Positions 55,840 to 64,000 of a stretch of DNA of 64,000 bases are shown piece by piece. Source of the DNA: Bacteroidota bacterium. GTDB taxonomy: Bacteria; Bacteroidota; Bacteroidia; Sphingobacteriales; Sphingobacteriaceae. The DNA lies in the NCBI GenBank assembly GCA_013286565.1, contig JABDFM010000001.1, positions 13,500-77,499 of the forward strand, read 5' to 3'. The translations under genes were made by a program, and so were the position numbers. The notes under the pieces are model-generated. The model ran no database searches. It was not told where the DNA came from and saw only the letters and a list, made by a program, of their open reading frames with translations. How positions within the stretch are numbered: position 1 is the stretch's first letter; every line of letters starts with the position of its first letter.

Positions 55840-58116
55840 ATGAAGTTAACGAAACTGTTCCTGATTATTATCCTCACATTTTCCATCAGGAGCGTTTCTT
55901 GGTGCCAGACAACTTGCGAATGCAATACTCCGGCCGCCAGCGATATTGGTAATCTGCGCAATCAGATTTCGAAAAGCAAGCCGGACACCGCGCAGCTAAG
56001 AATACTCCATACACTGGGGAATTATTATCTTAACAGCAATCACATTGAACATAATGCCGACCTTGACAGTGCCCTGTTTTTTTTTCAAAAAGCTTTGTTT
56101 TTTAGCGAGCAGTTGCATGTGAACACTGGTTGTGGTCGCATTACAAGCTTAACCATGATAGGAGAAACTTATTTTGCAGAAAACAGTGAGGTTTCAATCG
56201 AAAAAGGCAAAGAAAGTTTTAATGAAATTCTAAAATATTATCAGGCTAATGGCGATAAACAGGGCGAAGCGGGTGCTCTATCAGATTTTGGACTGGCCCT
56301 TCGGGACTTGAATGCTCCCCAGCAGTTAATTTACTTTAAAATGGCCCTTGAAATTTATCATAAATTTAATAACACTGAAAAAGAAGTTATTACACGATAT
56401 TACATTGCACAAGTATATCATTCCGAGTCACAGGATAGCCTGGCAGAAAATGAGCTGTTGCGGCTAATTGATCAATATGGCTCGACCAATTTCAAGGTCT
56501 TAGATAGGGTCTATTGGCTTCTTGCCAGAATTAATAGGTACAGGGGTAATTTAAACAAATCGTTAGCCTATAGTTTAAAAAGCATTGAACTGATGCAGAA
56601 AACAAAGGATGAACTGAGAGCCGAAAAATTCTACGGGGAACTTGGTGAAATCTACCAGGAGCTTGGAGAAACCGAAAAGAGTATTGAATGGTACAGACAA
56701 ACACTCATTCTAAGAGAAAAGATGCAAATCCCCCGGGAATTTATTTTTAGGACTGAAGGGTTTATTGTAAAGGGGTTAATAAAGCTTAAAAGGCCTAAAG
56801 AAGCACTAAATGAAATATCAGCCCTGGAAAAAAGGTACCCGCCTGCCGATAATTTTATAAAGGGGATTGTAGCACAAATAAAAGCGTATTGTTATGAAGC
56901 ATTAGGAGAAAATCATATGGCTGAAAAATATTATTTGGAAACGGTCCGGCAATTCAGCAATAGAGATGACGAGATCGGAGAAATTGGCAGGTATGACCTT
57001 GGCAAATTTTATGTAAAACAAAAGGAATACGGTAAAGCAGACGATTATCTAAGAGGCGCATTGATTAGAAGTGCTATCGTATCAAGAAAACGAGACATTT
57101 ACCTTTTACTTTCTCAAATAGATTCCGCAAAGGGCAACAACATCGCAGCTCTAAATGAATATAAACATTTCAAAGCGCTGAGTGATTCGATTTTTAACGA
57201 TACAAAAAGTAAACAAATAGCGGAATTACAAATTAAGTACGAAACCAATCAAAAAGAACAGGACATCAGCTTATTAAAAAAAGACAACCTGCTCCAGCAA
57301 GAAAAAGTTGCTAAAGCGAACAATGCCCGGAACCTTACTTACGCAGGAATTGTCGTTCTGGTATTATTTTCTGGCCTGCTTTTCTATGGATACCGAATAA
57401 AACAAAGAAACAATGTCGAGATCAATGAAAAAAATCGTTCCCTTAATCAATTAATTACAGAAAAGGAATGGCTTTTAAAGGAGATCCATCACCGGGTGAA
57501 AAACAATCTGCAAATTGTTATGGGCCTGCTTCAGCGTCAATCATCCTATATAAATAATGACGAGGCGCTCGCAGCAATTCAGAACAGCGAGAGTCGTATG
57601 CATTCAATCGCGCTTATTCATCAAAAGCTTTATCTGTCGGAAAATCTTGACCTGATCAGCATGCCTGGGTACATCAATGAATTGATCGATTATTTAAAAG
57701 ACAGCGCCGATGTTGGCACCCGGATACATTTCAACAAGGAAATAGATGATGTATATTTGGATGTGGCGCAGGCAGTCCCATTGGGCCTGATACTGAACGA
57801 AGCGATTACCAATGCCATCAAATATGCTTATCCGAATGGTGAGTCAGGAATTATCCATGTTTTTCTTCACCAGGATTCAACATTGCTTAATACGCTTGTA
57901 ATAGCTGACCTGGGACCTGGCTTACCGTCTGGATTTAATGCAGAAAGGATTGATTCTATGGGAATGAATTTAATGAAGGGCTTAAGCAAACAACTTGGTG
58001 GGATTTTTCAGCTGGAAATTGAAAACGGTGTAAAAATCAAAATCGAATTCAAAACGGAAAAATACATCAGTTTCATTACGGATAGTGACATCATTGAAAA
58101 GAGTAGATATGTATAG
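55840..58116 (+). CDS. TPR-repeat sensor histidine kinase (HisKA_2 family)
   Basis: Signal peptide, TPR-like helices, TM helix, LLKEIHHRVKNNLQ, NEAITNAIKYAY, DLGPG. Confidence 0.92.
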   Translation: MKLTKLFLIIILTFSIRSVSWCQTTCECNTPAASDIGNLRNQISKSKPDTAQLRILHTLGNYYLNSNHIEHNADLDSALFFFQKALFFSEQLHVNTGCGRITSLTMIGETYFAENSEVSIEKGKESFNEILKYYQANGDKQGEAGALSDFGLALRDLNAPQQLIYFKMALEIYHKFNNTEKEVITRYYIAQVYHSESQDSLAENELLRLIDQYGSTNFKVLDRVYWLLARINRYRGNLNKSLAYSLKSIELMQKTKDELRAEKFYGELGEIYQELGETEKSIEWYRQTLILREKMQIPREFIFRTEGFIVKGLIKLKRPKEALNEISALEKRYPPADNFIKGIVAQIKAYCYEALGENHMAEKYYLETVRQFSNRDDEIGEIGRYDLGKFYVKQKEYGKADDYLRGALIRSAIVSRKRDIYLLLSQIDSAKGNNIAALNEYKHFKALSDSIFNDTKSKQIAELQIKYETNQKEQDISLLKKDNLLQQEKVAKANNARNLTYAGIVVLVLFSGLLFYGYRIKQRNNVEINEKNRSLNQLITEKEWLLKEIHHRVKNNLQIVMGLLQRQSSYINNDEALAAIQNSESRMHSIALIHQKLYLSENLDLISMPGYINELIDYLKDSADVGTRIHFNKEIDDVYLDVAQAVPLGLILNEAITNAIKYAYPNGESGIIHVFLHQDSTLLNTLVIADLGPGLPSGFNAERIDSMGMNLMKGLSKQLGGIFQLEIENGVKIKIEFKTEKYISFITDSDIIEKSRYV

Positions 58117-60058
58117 AAAAATTCTGATCGTTGAGGATGAGTTTATTATTGCTGACGTCTTGCGCAATTTATTGCAGAACGCCGGCTATGAGGTGTGTGG
58201 CATCGCCGACTCAGTGGCCGAAGCGATCGAACTGGTTGCTGCGCAAAAACCGGGATTCGTTTTGCTTGATATTTACCTGAAAGGGAAGTTGACGGGCATC
58301 GATCTAGCCAATCATCTGACAGATAAGAATATTCCATTTGTCTATCTTTCAGCGAACTCGAACCAAAAAATTCTGGAAGCAGCCAAAAAGACTAATCCAT
58401 ACGGTTTTGTTGTAAAGCCTTTTAGAGAAAAGGATGTATTGGTTGCTCTTGACATAGCACATTACCGTTATGAGAATGACCTGGAGAACCGAATCCGTCA
58501 AAACGCAATATTACAAAAAGAAGCAACGTTGATTGTCGACTCCACAATGGGCTGGACACAGAAAATGATGAAAATGGGGCAGGCCCTGCAGCCTTACATT
58601 CCTTTCGAGTACATGTCGGTGGCCATAAAAACTGATAGTAACTTTCCCTTTGGTGAAATTGGCTTTCACCGGGTTGGATTCGAGGAATACCAGGTTGTTG
58701 GGCCAAACGAACTCGCAACTATTGCTAATCTGAAATTACCCGAGCTTTCTGTATTAAAGGCCAAAAGTAAGGCAGATGCTTTATCTACCTGGTATGATGA
58801 AAATGAATTGAAAATAGTTTTCAAATCAGCCCCTGTCAAGAAATTAATTGCCGAAACTTTTGGAATGAAGTCTCATTTTGTGTTGCCATTGAAACTAGCG
58901 GATGATCGTATCTTTTATTTCTTTTTTTATAGTCGTCGGCCCGATGCTTATGATGCCGACCACCTCGTGATTGGAGAACGCTTTCAACAACTGCTGGGAA
59001 ATTTCGCCGAAAAGATGATTCTTGATGATAACAGTCCGCTGGTCAGCGAAAACAAAAAGGAGATATTTTTTAGGAGCAGTGTTCAGGATGTTAATCCTAA
59101 TTTCTTTGATGGTATAATCGGAGGCAGTCACTTATTGCTGAATGTTTTCGATAATATTATCCAGGTCGCACCGGCAGATGCTTCTGTTTTGATATTGGGA
59201 GAAAGTGGCACTGGCAAAGAAAAAGTAGCTGACCGCATCCATCATCTTTCACCCCGTAAATCCAAGCCCTTTATTAAAGTCAATTGTGCAGCGTTGCCGG
59301 CTAGTTTGATCGACTCTGAATTGTTCGGACATGAGAAAGGATCTTTTACCGGTGCATTCGAAAGGAAGATCGGGAGGTTTGAACAAGCCCATACCGGAAC
59401 TATATTTCTGGATGAAATAGGGGAAATACCGCTTGAACTGCAGGTCAAACTATTGAGAGTACTTCAGGAACGCGAAATTGAGCGAATAGGGGGCCGCGTC
59501 ACCATAAAAACCGATGTCAGAATTATAGCGGCAAGCAACCGCAATTTGGAGAAAGAAGTAGGTGAGGGTCGCTTTCGGCTTGATCTGTATTATAGACTGA
59601 ATGTTTTTCCGATCCTGATGCCGCCGCTTCGTGAACGCAAGGAGGATATTCCTGCACTGGCGAATCATTTCTTAAATATTTATAATACGAAAACAGGAAA
59701 GAATATCAAGGGATTGACCGATAAGGTACTTAACAGTTTGCAAAACTACAACTGGCCGGGCAATATCAGGGAACTGGAGAACCTGGTCGAGCGAAACGTC
59801 CTTTTAGCCAAAGGGGATTGGATTGAAAATATCGTTTTGCCTGTCATGACTGAATCACCCACCGATGCAGCGGTTGACCATACTGGTGTAAAGACGATGA
59901 AAGAAAGTGAAAAGGCACATATTCTCGCTGCCCTAAAAACATGTAATGGAAAAATATGGGGTGAAGGAGGGGCGGCAAGCCTCTTGAACTTGCCGCCCAC
60001 AACCCTAAACTCAAAAATGAAAAAATTGGGTATCCGAAAGGACTTCGCTGACAATTAG
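58109..60058 (+). CDS. Sigma54-dependent regulator (REC-GAF-like-AAA+-HTH)
   Basis: REC (IVEDE, LLDIYL, KPF), a GAF-like insert, [31 protein letters not shown]. Start ATG 58109. Confidence 0.93.
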   Translation: MYRKILIVEDEFIIADVLRNLLQNAGYEVCGIADSVAEAIELVAAQKPGFVLLDIYLKGKLTGIDLANHLTDKNIPFVYLSANSNQKILEAAKKTNPYGFVVKPFREKDVLVALDIAHYRYENDLENRIRQNAILQKEATLIVDSTMGWTQKMMKMGQALQPYIPFEYMSVAIKTDSNFPFGEIGFHRVGFEEYQVVGPNELATIANLKLPELSVLKAKSKADALSTWYDENELKIVFKSAPVKKLIAETFGMKSHFVLPLKLADDRIFYFFFYSRRPDAYDADHLVIGERFQQLLGNFAEKMILDDNSPLVSENKKEIFFRSSVQDVNPNFFDGIIGGSHLLLNVFDNIIQVAPADASVLILGESGTGKEKVADRIHHLSPRKSKPFIKVNCAALPASLIDSELFGHEKGSFTGAFERKIGRFEQAHTGTIFLDEIGEIPLELQVKLLRVLQEREIERIGGRVTIKTDVRIIAASNRNLEKEVGEGRFRLDLYYRLNVFPILMPPLRERKEDIPALANHFLNIYNTKTGKNIKGLTDKVLNSLQNYNWPGNIRELENLVERNVLLAKGDWIENIVLPVMTESPTDAAVDHTGVKTMKESEKAHILAALKTCNGKIWGEGGAASLLNLPPTTLNSKMKKLGIRKDFADN

Positions 60059-60738
60059 TTCACAGCGGTATTGTTGTTTACTTTATTCCTTAAAATCCAC
60101 AATAAAAGTACGACTGCGGGTAGTATTACAGCAGGCAGTCCAAATTTTGCAGCCATTAACGCCCCTATCAGGCACCCTACCAGGAACCCGAAGATCAGTA
60201 TCAATTGTTTCCTGAAACTTCCCCAAATTTCCGGGTCGGCAGGGCTGGAAGTTAACCCCCTTATCAAATCGATTGAAGCCTGCGTAACATTTCCCGTCAT
60301 GACAGTTGTAAGGCCATATGTCGCTTTACCAAACAATTTGCCAAATGTATTTTGAAAGCCCAATGCAACCACAATTATCATAGCAACCATGAGGACCTGC
60401 CATTGTGAGGAGTTACCCGGGTCTTTTATAACTAATGCCAGCAAACCGCTGACCAAAAGCAAGATACCCTCCAATGTTAATAGTCTGTACATGCTCGGGG
60501 ACTTTCTGCCGATCCGCGCACCAATCATAACGGCTATTATAAAAACCGGGAATGTGATGAGCTTTTGCCATGCACCAGTAGTTGGATGTTTGATCACATC
60601 GTAAGCAAAAACAATGAAATTTCCCGTTACGTGGGCCGAAAACAACTCACCTGCTGCAACAAAAGTCACCGTATCGCAAAAACCGGCCACAAAAGATAGC
60701 AGCAGTGAAAGACTCCCAGTATTTTTTTCCTGATCCAT
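60055..60738 (-). CDS. YoaK/DUF1275 family membrane protein
   Basis: LSFVAGFCD, FSAHVTGNF, TTVMTGNVT. Confidence 0.88.
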   Translation of the reverse strand: MDQEKNTGSLSLLLSFVAGFCDTVTFVAAGELFSAHVTGNFIVFAYDVIKHPTTGAWQKLITFPVFIIAVMIGARIGRKSPSMYRLLTLEGILLLVSGLLALVIKDPGNSSQWQVLMVAMIIVVALGFQNTFGKLFGKATYGLTTVMTGNVTQASIDLIRGLTSSPADPEIWGSFRKQLILIFGFLVGCLIGALMAAKFGLPAVILPAVVLLLWILRNKVNNNTAVN

Positions 60739-60745
60739 GAGTTTT

Positions 60746-61180
60746 TTATTTAAATAAATTGTAAAAGAAACAATTGTCAACAGAATAAGCGCCTGGTCCG
60801 AGTACCAACAAAAGCAGCAAGGATATGGTATACATATATGGCACGTCGCGCACCTCGATCGGATCTTTGCGATGCACTACAAAATAGCCGATCGCTGTTA
60901 CGCCTAAAGTTGGAAGGATAAATATCCTTGTGCCAATACCGAGCATAAGCAGGCATGGGACTACAGTATCCGCGAAAGTTGCCACCAGTCCGTTCAGGCT
61001 TTCCGGCAAATGCAATGGATTGGGTTCGTGGTTTTTTATGCCGTTGACCACTCTGAATTTCTTCATCCCGTGCACCAGGAACAATTCAATGGACAGAAGT
61101 ACCCGGTAAACGAGCATTGCAGCATTATTGCGGTCGCTTCCCAGATTTGAATATAAAAGGTGTTTAATGAACTCTTGCAT
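60746..61180 (-). CDS. DoxX family membrane protein
   Basis: R.LL...LFLVHGMKK, LG.GTR, GPGAYSVD. Confidence 0.85.
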   Translation of the reverse strand: MQEFIKHLLYSNLGSDRNNAAMLVYRVLLSIELFLVHGMKKFRVVNGIKNHEPNPLHLPESLNGLVATFADTVVPCLLMLGIGTRIFILPTLGVTAIGYFVVHRKDPIEVRDVPYMYTISLLLLLVLGPGAYSVDNCFFYNLFK

Positions 61181-61200
61181 GAGAAAGTTTTTTTTAATAT

Positions 61201-63114
61201 TTAAAATGCGAAACACGAACAACCTAATGCTCCCCAAAAGGCCGTATGATTATTTACCGGAACATTGCTCAGTCTTGCTGAATTGTGGTTGTGCCCGTGT
61301 ATGCCGCAACTGCCGATACATTGATGTATAAATGCCTTCATCTGGCTTTGTTCAGTTGAATTAACTACTTTATTCCGTGCAGCAATAACTTGCCTGGAGT
61401 AAGCTGGCTCGATGGTTTTGCTTCCGGGGTAGTAGCCGGTATGGATGACAGGCGACCAGTCCGGGAGAATCGGGATCGGTTCTGGTGTATGCGCCGAGAA
61501 ATCGCCTTTAGCATAAACTATTTTTCCATCCACAACAGTTAATTCCGATTCGATCGCTTTGATATCTTCTTCGCTTACCGCAAAAAAGTCACTGTCCAAC
61601 ACCGTAAGATCTGCAAACATTCCAACTTTTATGCTTCCTTTATTTTGCTGCTCGCCGGAAAACCAGGCGCTGCCACGGGTATATACTTCAAGAGCAGTTT
61701 CCCTGCTTAACCTGTTTTTATCAGAATATATCTGCAATCCGCCTACCGTTTTGCCTGAGATAAGCCAGTAAAGTGCTATCCACGGATTATAACTCGTTAT
61801 CCGGGTTGCGTCAGTACCTCCGCCTACCGGAACTTGCATTTCCAGCATTCGTTTGATGGGAGGGGTTTGCTCGGTTGCCTTAGCCCCGTAACGGTCTGAA
61901 AAATATTCACCCTGGTATGACATCCGGCTTTGTATAGCAATACCGCCGTTCAGTGCCTTTACGCGTTCAATATTTTTTTCGTCAATGGTTTCAGCATGGT
62001 CAAATATCCATTGAAGACCGTCAAAAGGCATATCTCTGTTTACCTTTTCAAATACATTTAAAAAACGGGTAATACTTTCGTTATAGGTTGCATGCAACCT
62101 GAAGGGCCAGCGATTTTCCACCAGCAGACGGATCACCCGCTCCAATTCTTCTTCCAATACTTCAGGAAGGTCTGGCCGCGGCTGCAAAAAGTCTTCAAAA
62201 TCAGCAGCCGAAAAGGTCAACATTTCGCCTGCCCCGTTGTGCCGGTACATATCGTCGCCCTGGTGAAGTTTGACAGTCTTTGTCCAATTGCTAAAATCTT
62301 CGAATTCTTCCTTTGGACGTTGTGTAAATAAATTATAGGCAATTCTAAGCGTGAGTTGTTTTTTCTCATGCAATTCTTCGATCACCTTGTAATCATCCGG
62401 ATAATTGTGGAAGCCTCCGCCGGCATCATTGACACTGGTAACACCAAAGCGGTTGAGGGCCTTCATATAATGACGGGTAGAGTTCAACTGGTGTTCATAG
62501 GAAAGTTTCGGGCCCTTCGCCAATGATGAGTATAGGATCAGTGCATTTGGCGAGGCCAGGAGCAGCCCTGTGGGATTGCCGTTTTTGTCCTTTTCGATGA
62601 AGCCGTCTTTTGGTGCCTGCGTATCTTTGTTAAATCCCAGCGCCCGCAAAGCAGCGCCGTTCAAAAATGCACGATCATATAAATGAAGAATGAATACCGG
62701 GGTATCAGGCGAAATTGCGTTGATCTCATTCAATGTTGGCATGCGCCGTTCTGCAAACTGAAATTCTGTCCAGCCACCGACTACCCGTACCCATTGCGGT
62801 GAAGGCGTCCGATCCACCTGCTCCTTAAGCATGCGCAATGCATCGGCCAGCGAGGGCACTCCTTCCCAGCGAAGTTCCAGATTGAAATTCAAACCGCCGC
62901 GTATCATGTGGATATGAGAATCGATAATGCCGGGAATCACCCTTTTTTTATTCAAATCGATCAGTTTGGTGCCATCTGACACCAATTGCATTACTGCTTT
63001 ATCATCTCCGACCGCAATAAATCTACCGTCCTTAATAGCGACAGCTGTTGCGGTTGGATTTTCCTGGTCAACGGTGTGTATTTTTCCGTTATATAAGATC
63101 ATGTCTGTTTTCAT
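61201..63114 (-). CDS. YtcJ-like amidohydrolase (amidohydrolase_3)
   Basis: PGIIDSHIH, FRLHATY, FDHAET, GTDATR, G.IKVGMFADL; C-terminal WGALGCSCFAF. Confidence 0.92.
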   Translation of the reverse strand: MKTDMILYNGKIHTVDQENPTATAVAIKDGRFIAVGDDKAVMQLVSDGTKLIDLNKKRVIPGIIDSHIHMIRGGLNFNLELRWEGVPSLADALRMLKEQVDRTPSPQWVRVVGGWTEFQFAERRMPTLNEINAISPDTPVFILHLYDRAFLNGAALRALGFNKDTQAPKDGFIEKDKNGNPTGLLLASPNALILYSSLAKGPKLSYEHQLNSTRHYMKALNRFGVTSVNDAGGGFHNYPDDYKVIEELHEKKQLTLRIAYNLFTQRPKEEFEDFSNWTKTVKLHQGDDMYRHNGAGEMLTFSAADFEDFLQPRPDLPEVLEEELERVIRLLVENRWPFRLHATYNESITRFLNVFEKVNRDMPFDGLQWIFDHAETIDEKNIERVKALNGGIAIQSRMSYQGEYFSDRYGAKATEQTPPIKRMLEMQVPVGGGTDATRITSYNPWIALYWLISGKTVGGLQIYSDKNRLSRETALEVYTRGSAWFSGEQQNKGSIKVGMFADLTVLDSDFFAVSEEDIKAIESELTVVDGKIVYAKGDFSAHTPEPIPILPDWSPVIHTGYYPGSKTIEPAYSRQVIAARNKVVNSTEQSQMKAFIHQCIGSCGIHGHNHNSARLSNVPVNNHTAFWGALGCSCFAF

Positions 63115-63138
63115 CTTGGTATGATTTGGTTTTTGGAG

Positions 63139-64000
63139 TTAAAATTTGAATTGTATGGTTGTACTTGCCATTAATATGTCTTTACCAGGGCCAACATCTT
63201 TCAGGTATTCGCCGGCCTTGAACCAGGTGAAATCGGTCCGGAGGTATAGAAATTTATTCAGGGTATATTCCAGCTCGTTTTGTAATTGTTTGCCGATATC
63301 TTTGGATTGTGCATTTCTGCCGGAATAAATTAGCATGGAGTTAACGGCATAAATGCCATCATTTCTGCTCATCCGGTAAAAAAGGTCATAGTCAGTGGTG
63401 AAACTTAATTTTTTGCTCAATGCCAGTGAGATATAAGGATGGATATCCGTTAAATTGGAAGGGCCGATCAGCGAGGCTAATCCAAAATAGGCGCCTTTTG
63501 GAAATAGCGGGTCAAAAGTATTGAGTGTATTGCCCCCATAATTTTTGTTGCCACTGATCAGCTCTGCTTTAAGGCCTAATTGCGGTTTTAAAGTAGCGCT
63601 GGTAAAAGTATAAGCTGTATTGATAGAAGCGGTCCACGCTGAAATATCATTGGTTTTGAATTTACCAAATTGATACACGCCTTCCACATCATATAACCAT
63701 GCAGGGGATGTGTACCACCATCTTGTACCGACTGAATGACGCGTTTCCGGGCCGGTACCTTCGTCGTAAACAATCTTTTCACGGTGGATGCCTAAATAAT
63801 AAAAGTCGATATTTTGTAGTATGGGAACCTTGTTAACAACGGCATAAGCGCCCCAGATCGCCGTGTTTTTGTTGGAAGCATCATCGAAAATTCCAGGTTT
63901 TGCACCTACGTAGTCGCCATAAAACGCATCAAGCTTAAAGTCCGTTTTGTGGAACATCAACTTGGCAGCATCAAAGGACTGCCGGTTATTGGGCCCTTCC
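63139..64000 (-). CDS. Alginate-export-family outer-membrane beta-barrel (5' part outside the window)
   Basis: Amphipathic beta strands, TFDPLFPKGAYFG, terminal QFKF. The frame is open to the window edge, and this family is a typical partner of the YtcJ/DoxX/YoaK cluster. Confidence 0.8.
   Translation of the reverse strand, partial: EGPNNRQSFDAAKLMFHKTDFKLDAFYGDYVGAKPGIFDDASNKNTAIWGAYAVVNKVPILQNIDFYYLGIHREKIVYDEGTGPETRHSVGTRWWYTSPAWLYDVEGVYQFGKFKTNDISAWTASINTAYTFTSATLKPQLGLKAELISGNKNYGGNTLNTFDPLFPKGAYFGLASLIGPSNLTDIHPYISLALSKKLSFTTDYDLFYRMSRNDGIYAVNSMLIYSGRNAQSKDIGKQLQNELEYTLNKFLYLRTDFTWFKAGEYLKDVGPGKDILMASTTIQFKF

Noticed and set aside
60055-64000. YtcJ amidohydrolase/DoxX/YoaK/alginate-export cluster as a novel system
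   Set aside because: It is a widespread, recognisable cluster and nothing unusual was seen in this copy.

Overview
Bacteroidetes DNA, most similar in gene content and repeat style to Sphingobacteriaceae such as Mucilaginibacter (inferred). It has three parts. (1) 1-14.5 kb is housekeeping: ABC ATPase, DEDD exonuclease, pbpC, GT2, uridine kinase, LysM protein, proS, a transsulfuration enzyme, a nucleoid-associated protein and mnmE, with several REP/REPIN-like palindromes between genes. (2) About 14.53-36.47 kb is a decayed genomic island integrated in the 3' end of mnmE. Its right end is marked by an 18-bp synonymous copy of the mnmE terminus (FCIGK-stop, 36452-36469), and its integrase appears deleted. 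Its main cargo is a tight minus-strand operon: an amidase, a holin-like multi-pass membrane protein, a GH19-like muramidase, a secreted protein and two giant signal-peptide-less proteins (1929 and 1914 aa), preceded by an internally deleted M15 peptidase. This operon is the best candidate for an undescribed system. The island also carries nuclease-like genes and pseudogenes. (3) 36.5-64 kb is a second accessory region with two TPR/HisKA_2 kinase plus sigma54-activator pairs, hydrolases and an extra RpoD-like sigma factor. It also holds an operon linking an HD-Pycsar-effector protein, a PAP2 phosphatase, a kinase-like Omp85 protein and a GAF protein with possible nucleotidyl-cyclase motifs, and ends with a YtcJ/DoxX/YoaK cluster. 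No rRNA, tRNA or CRISPR array was seen. All family assignments come from motif recognition by eye, not database searches.
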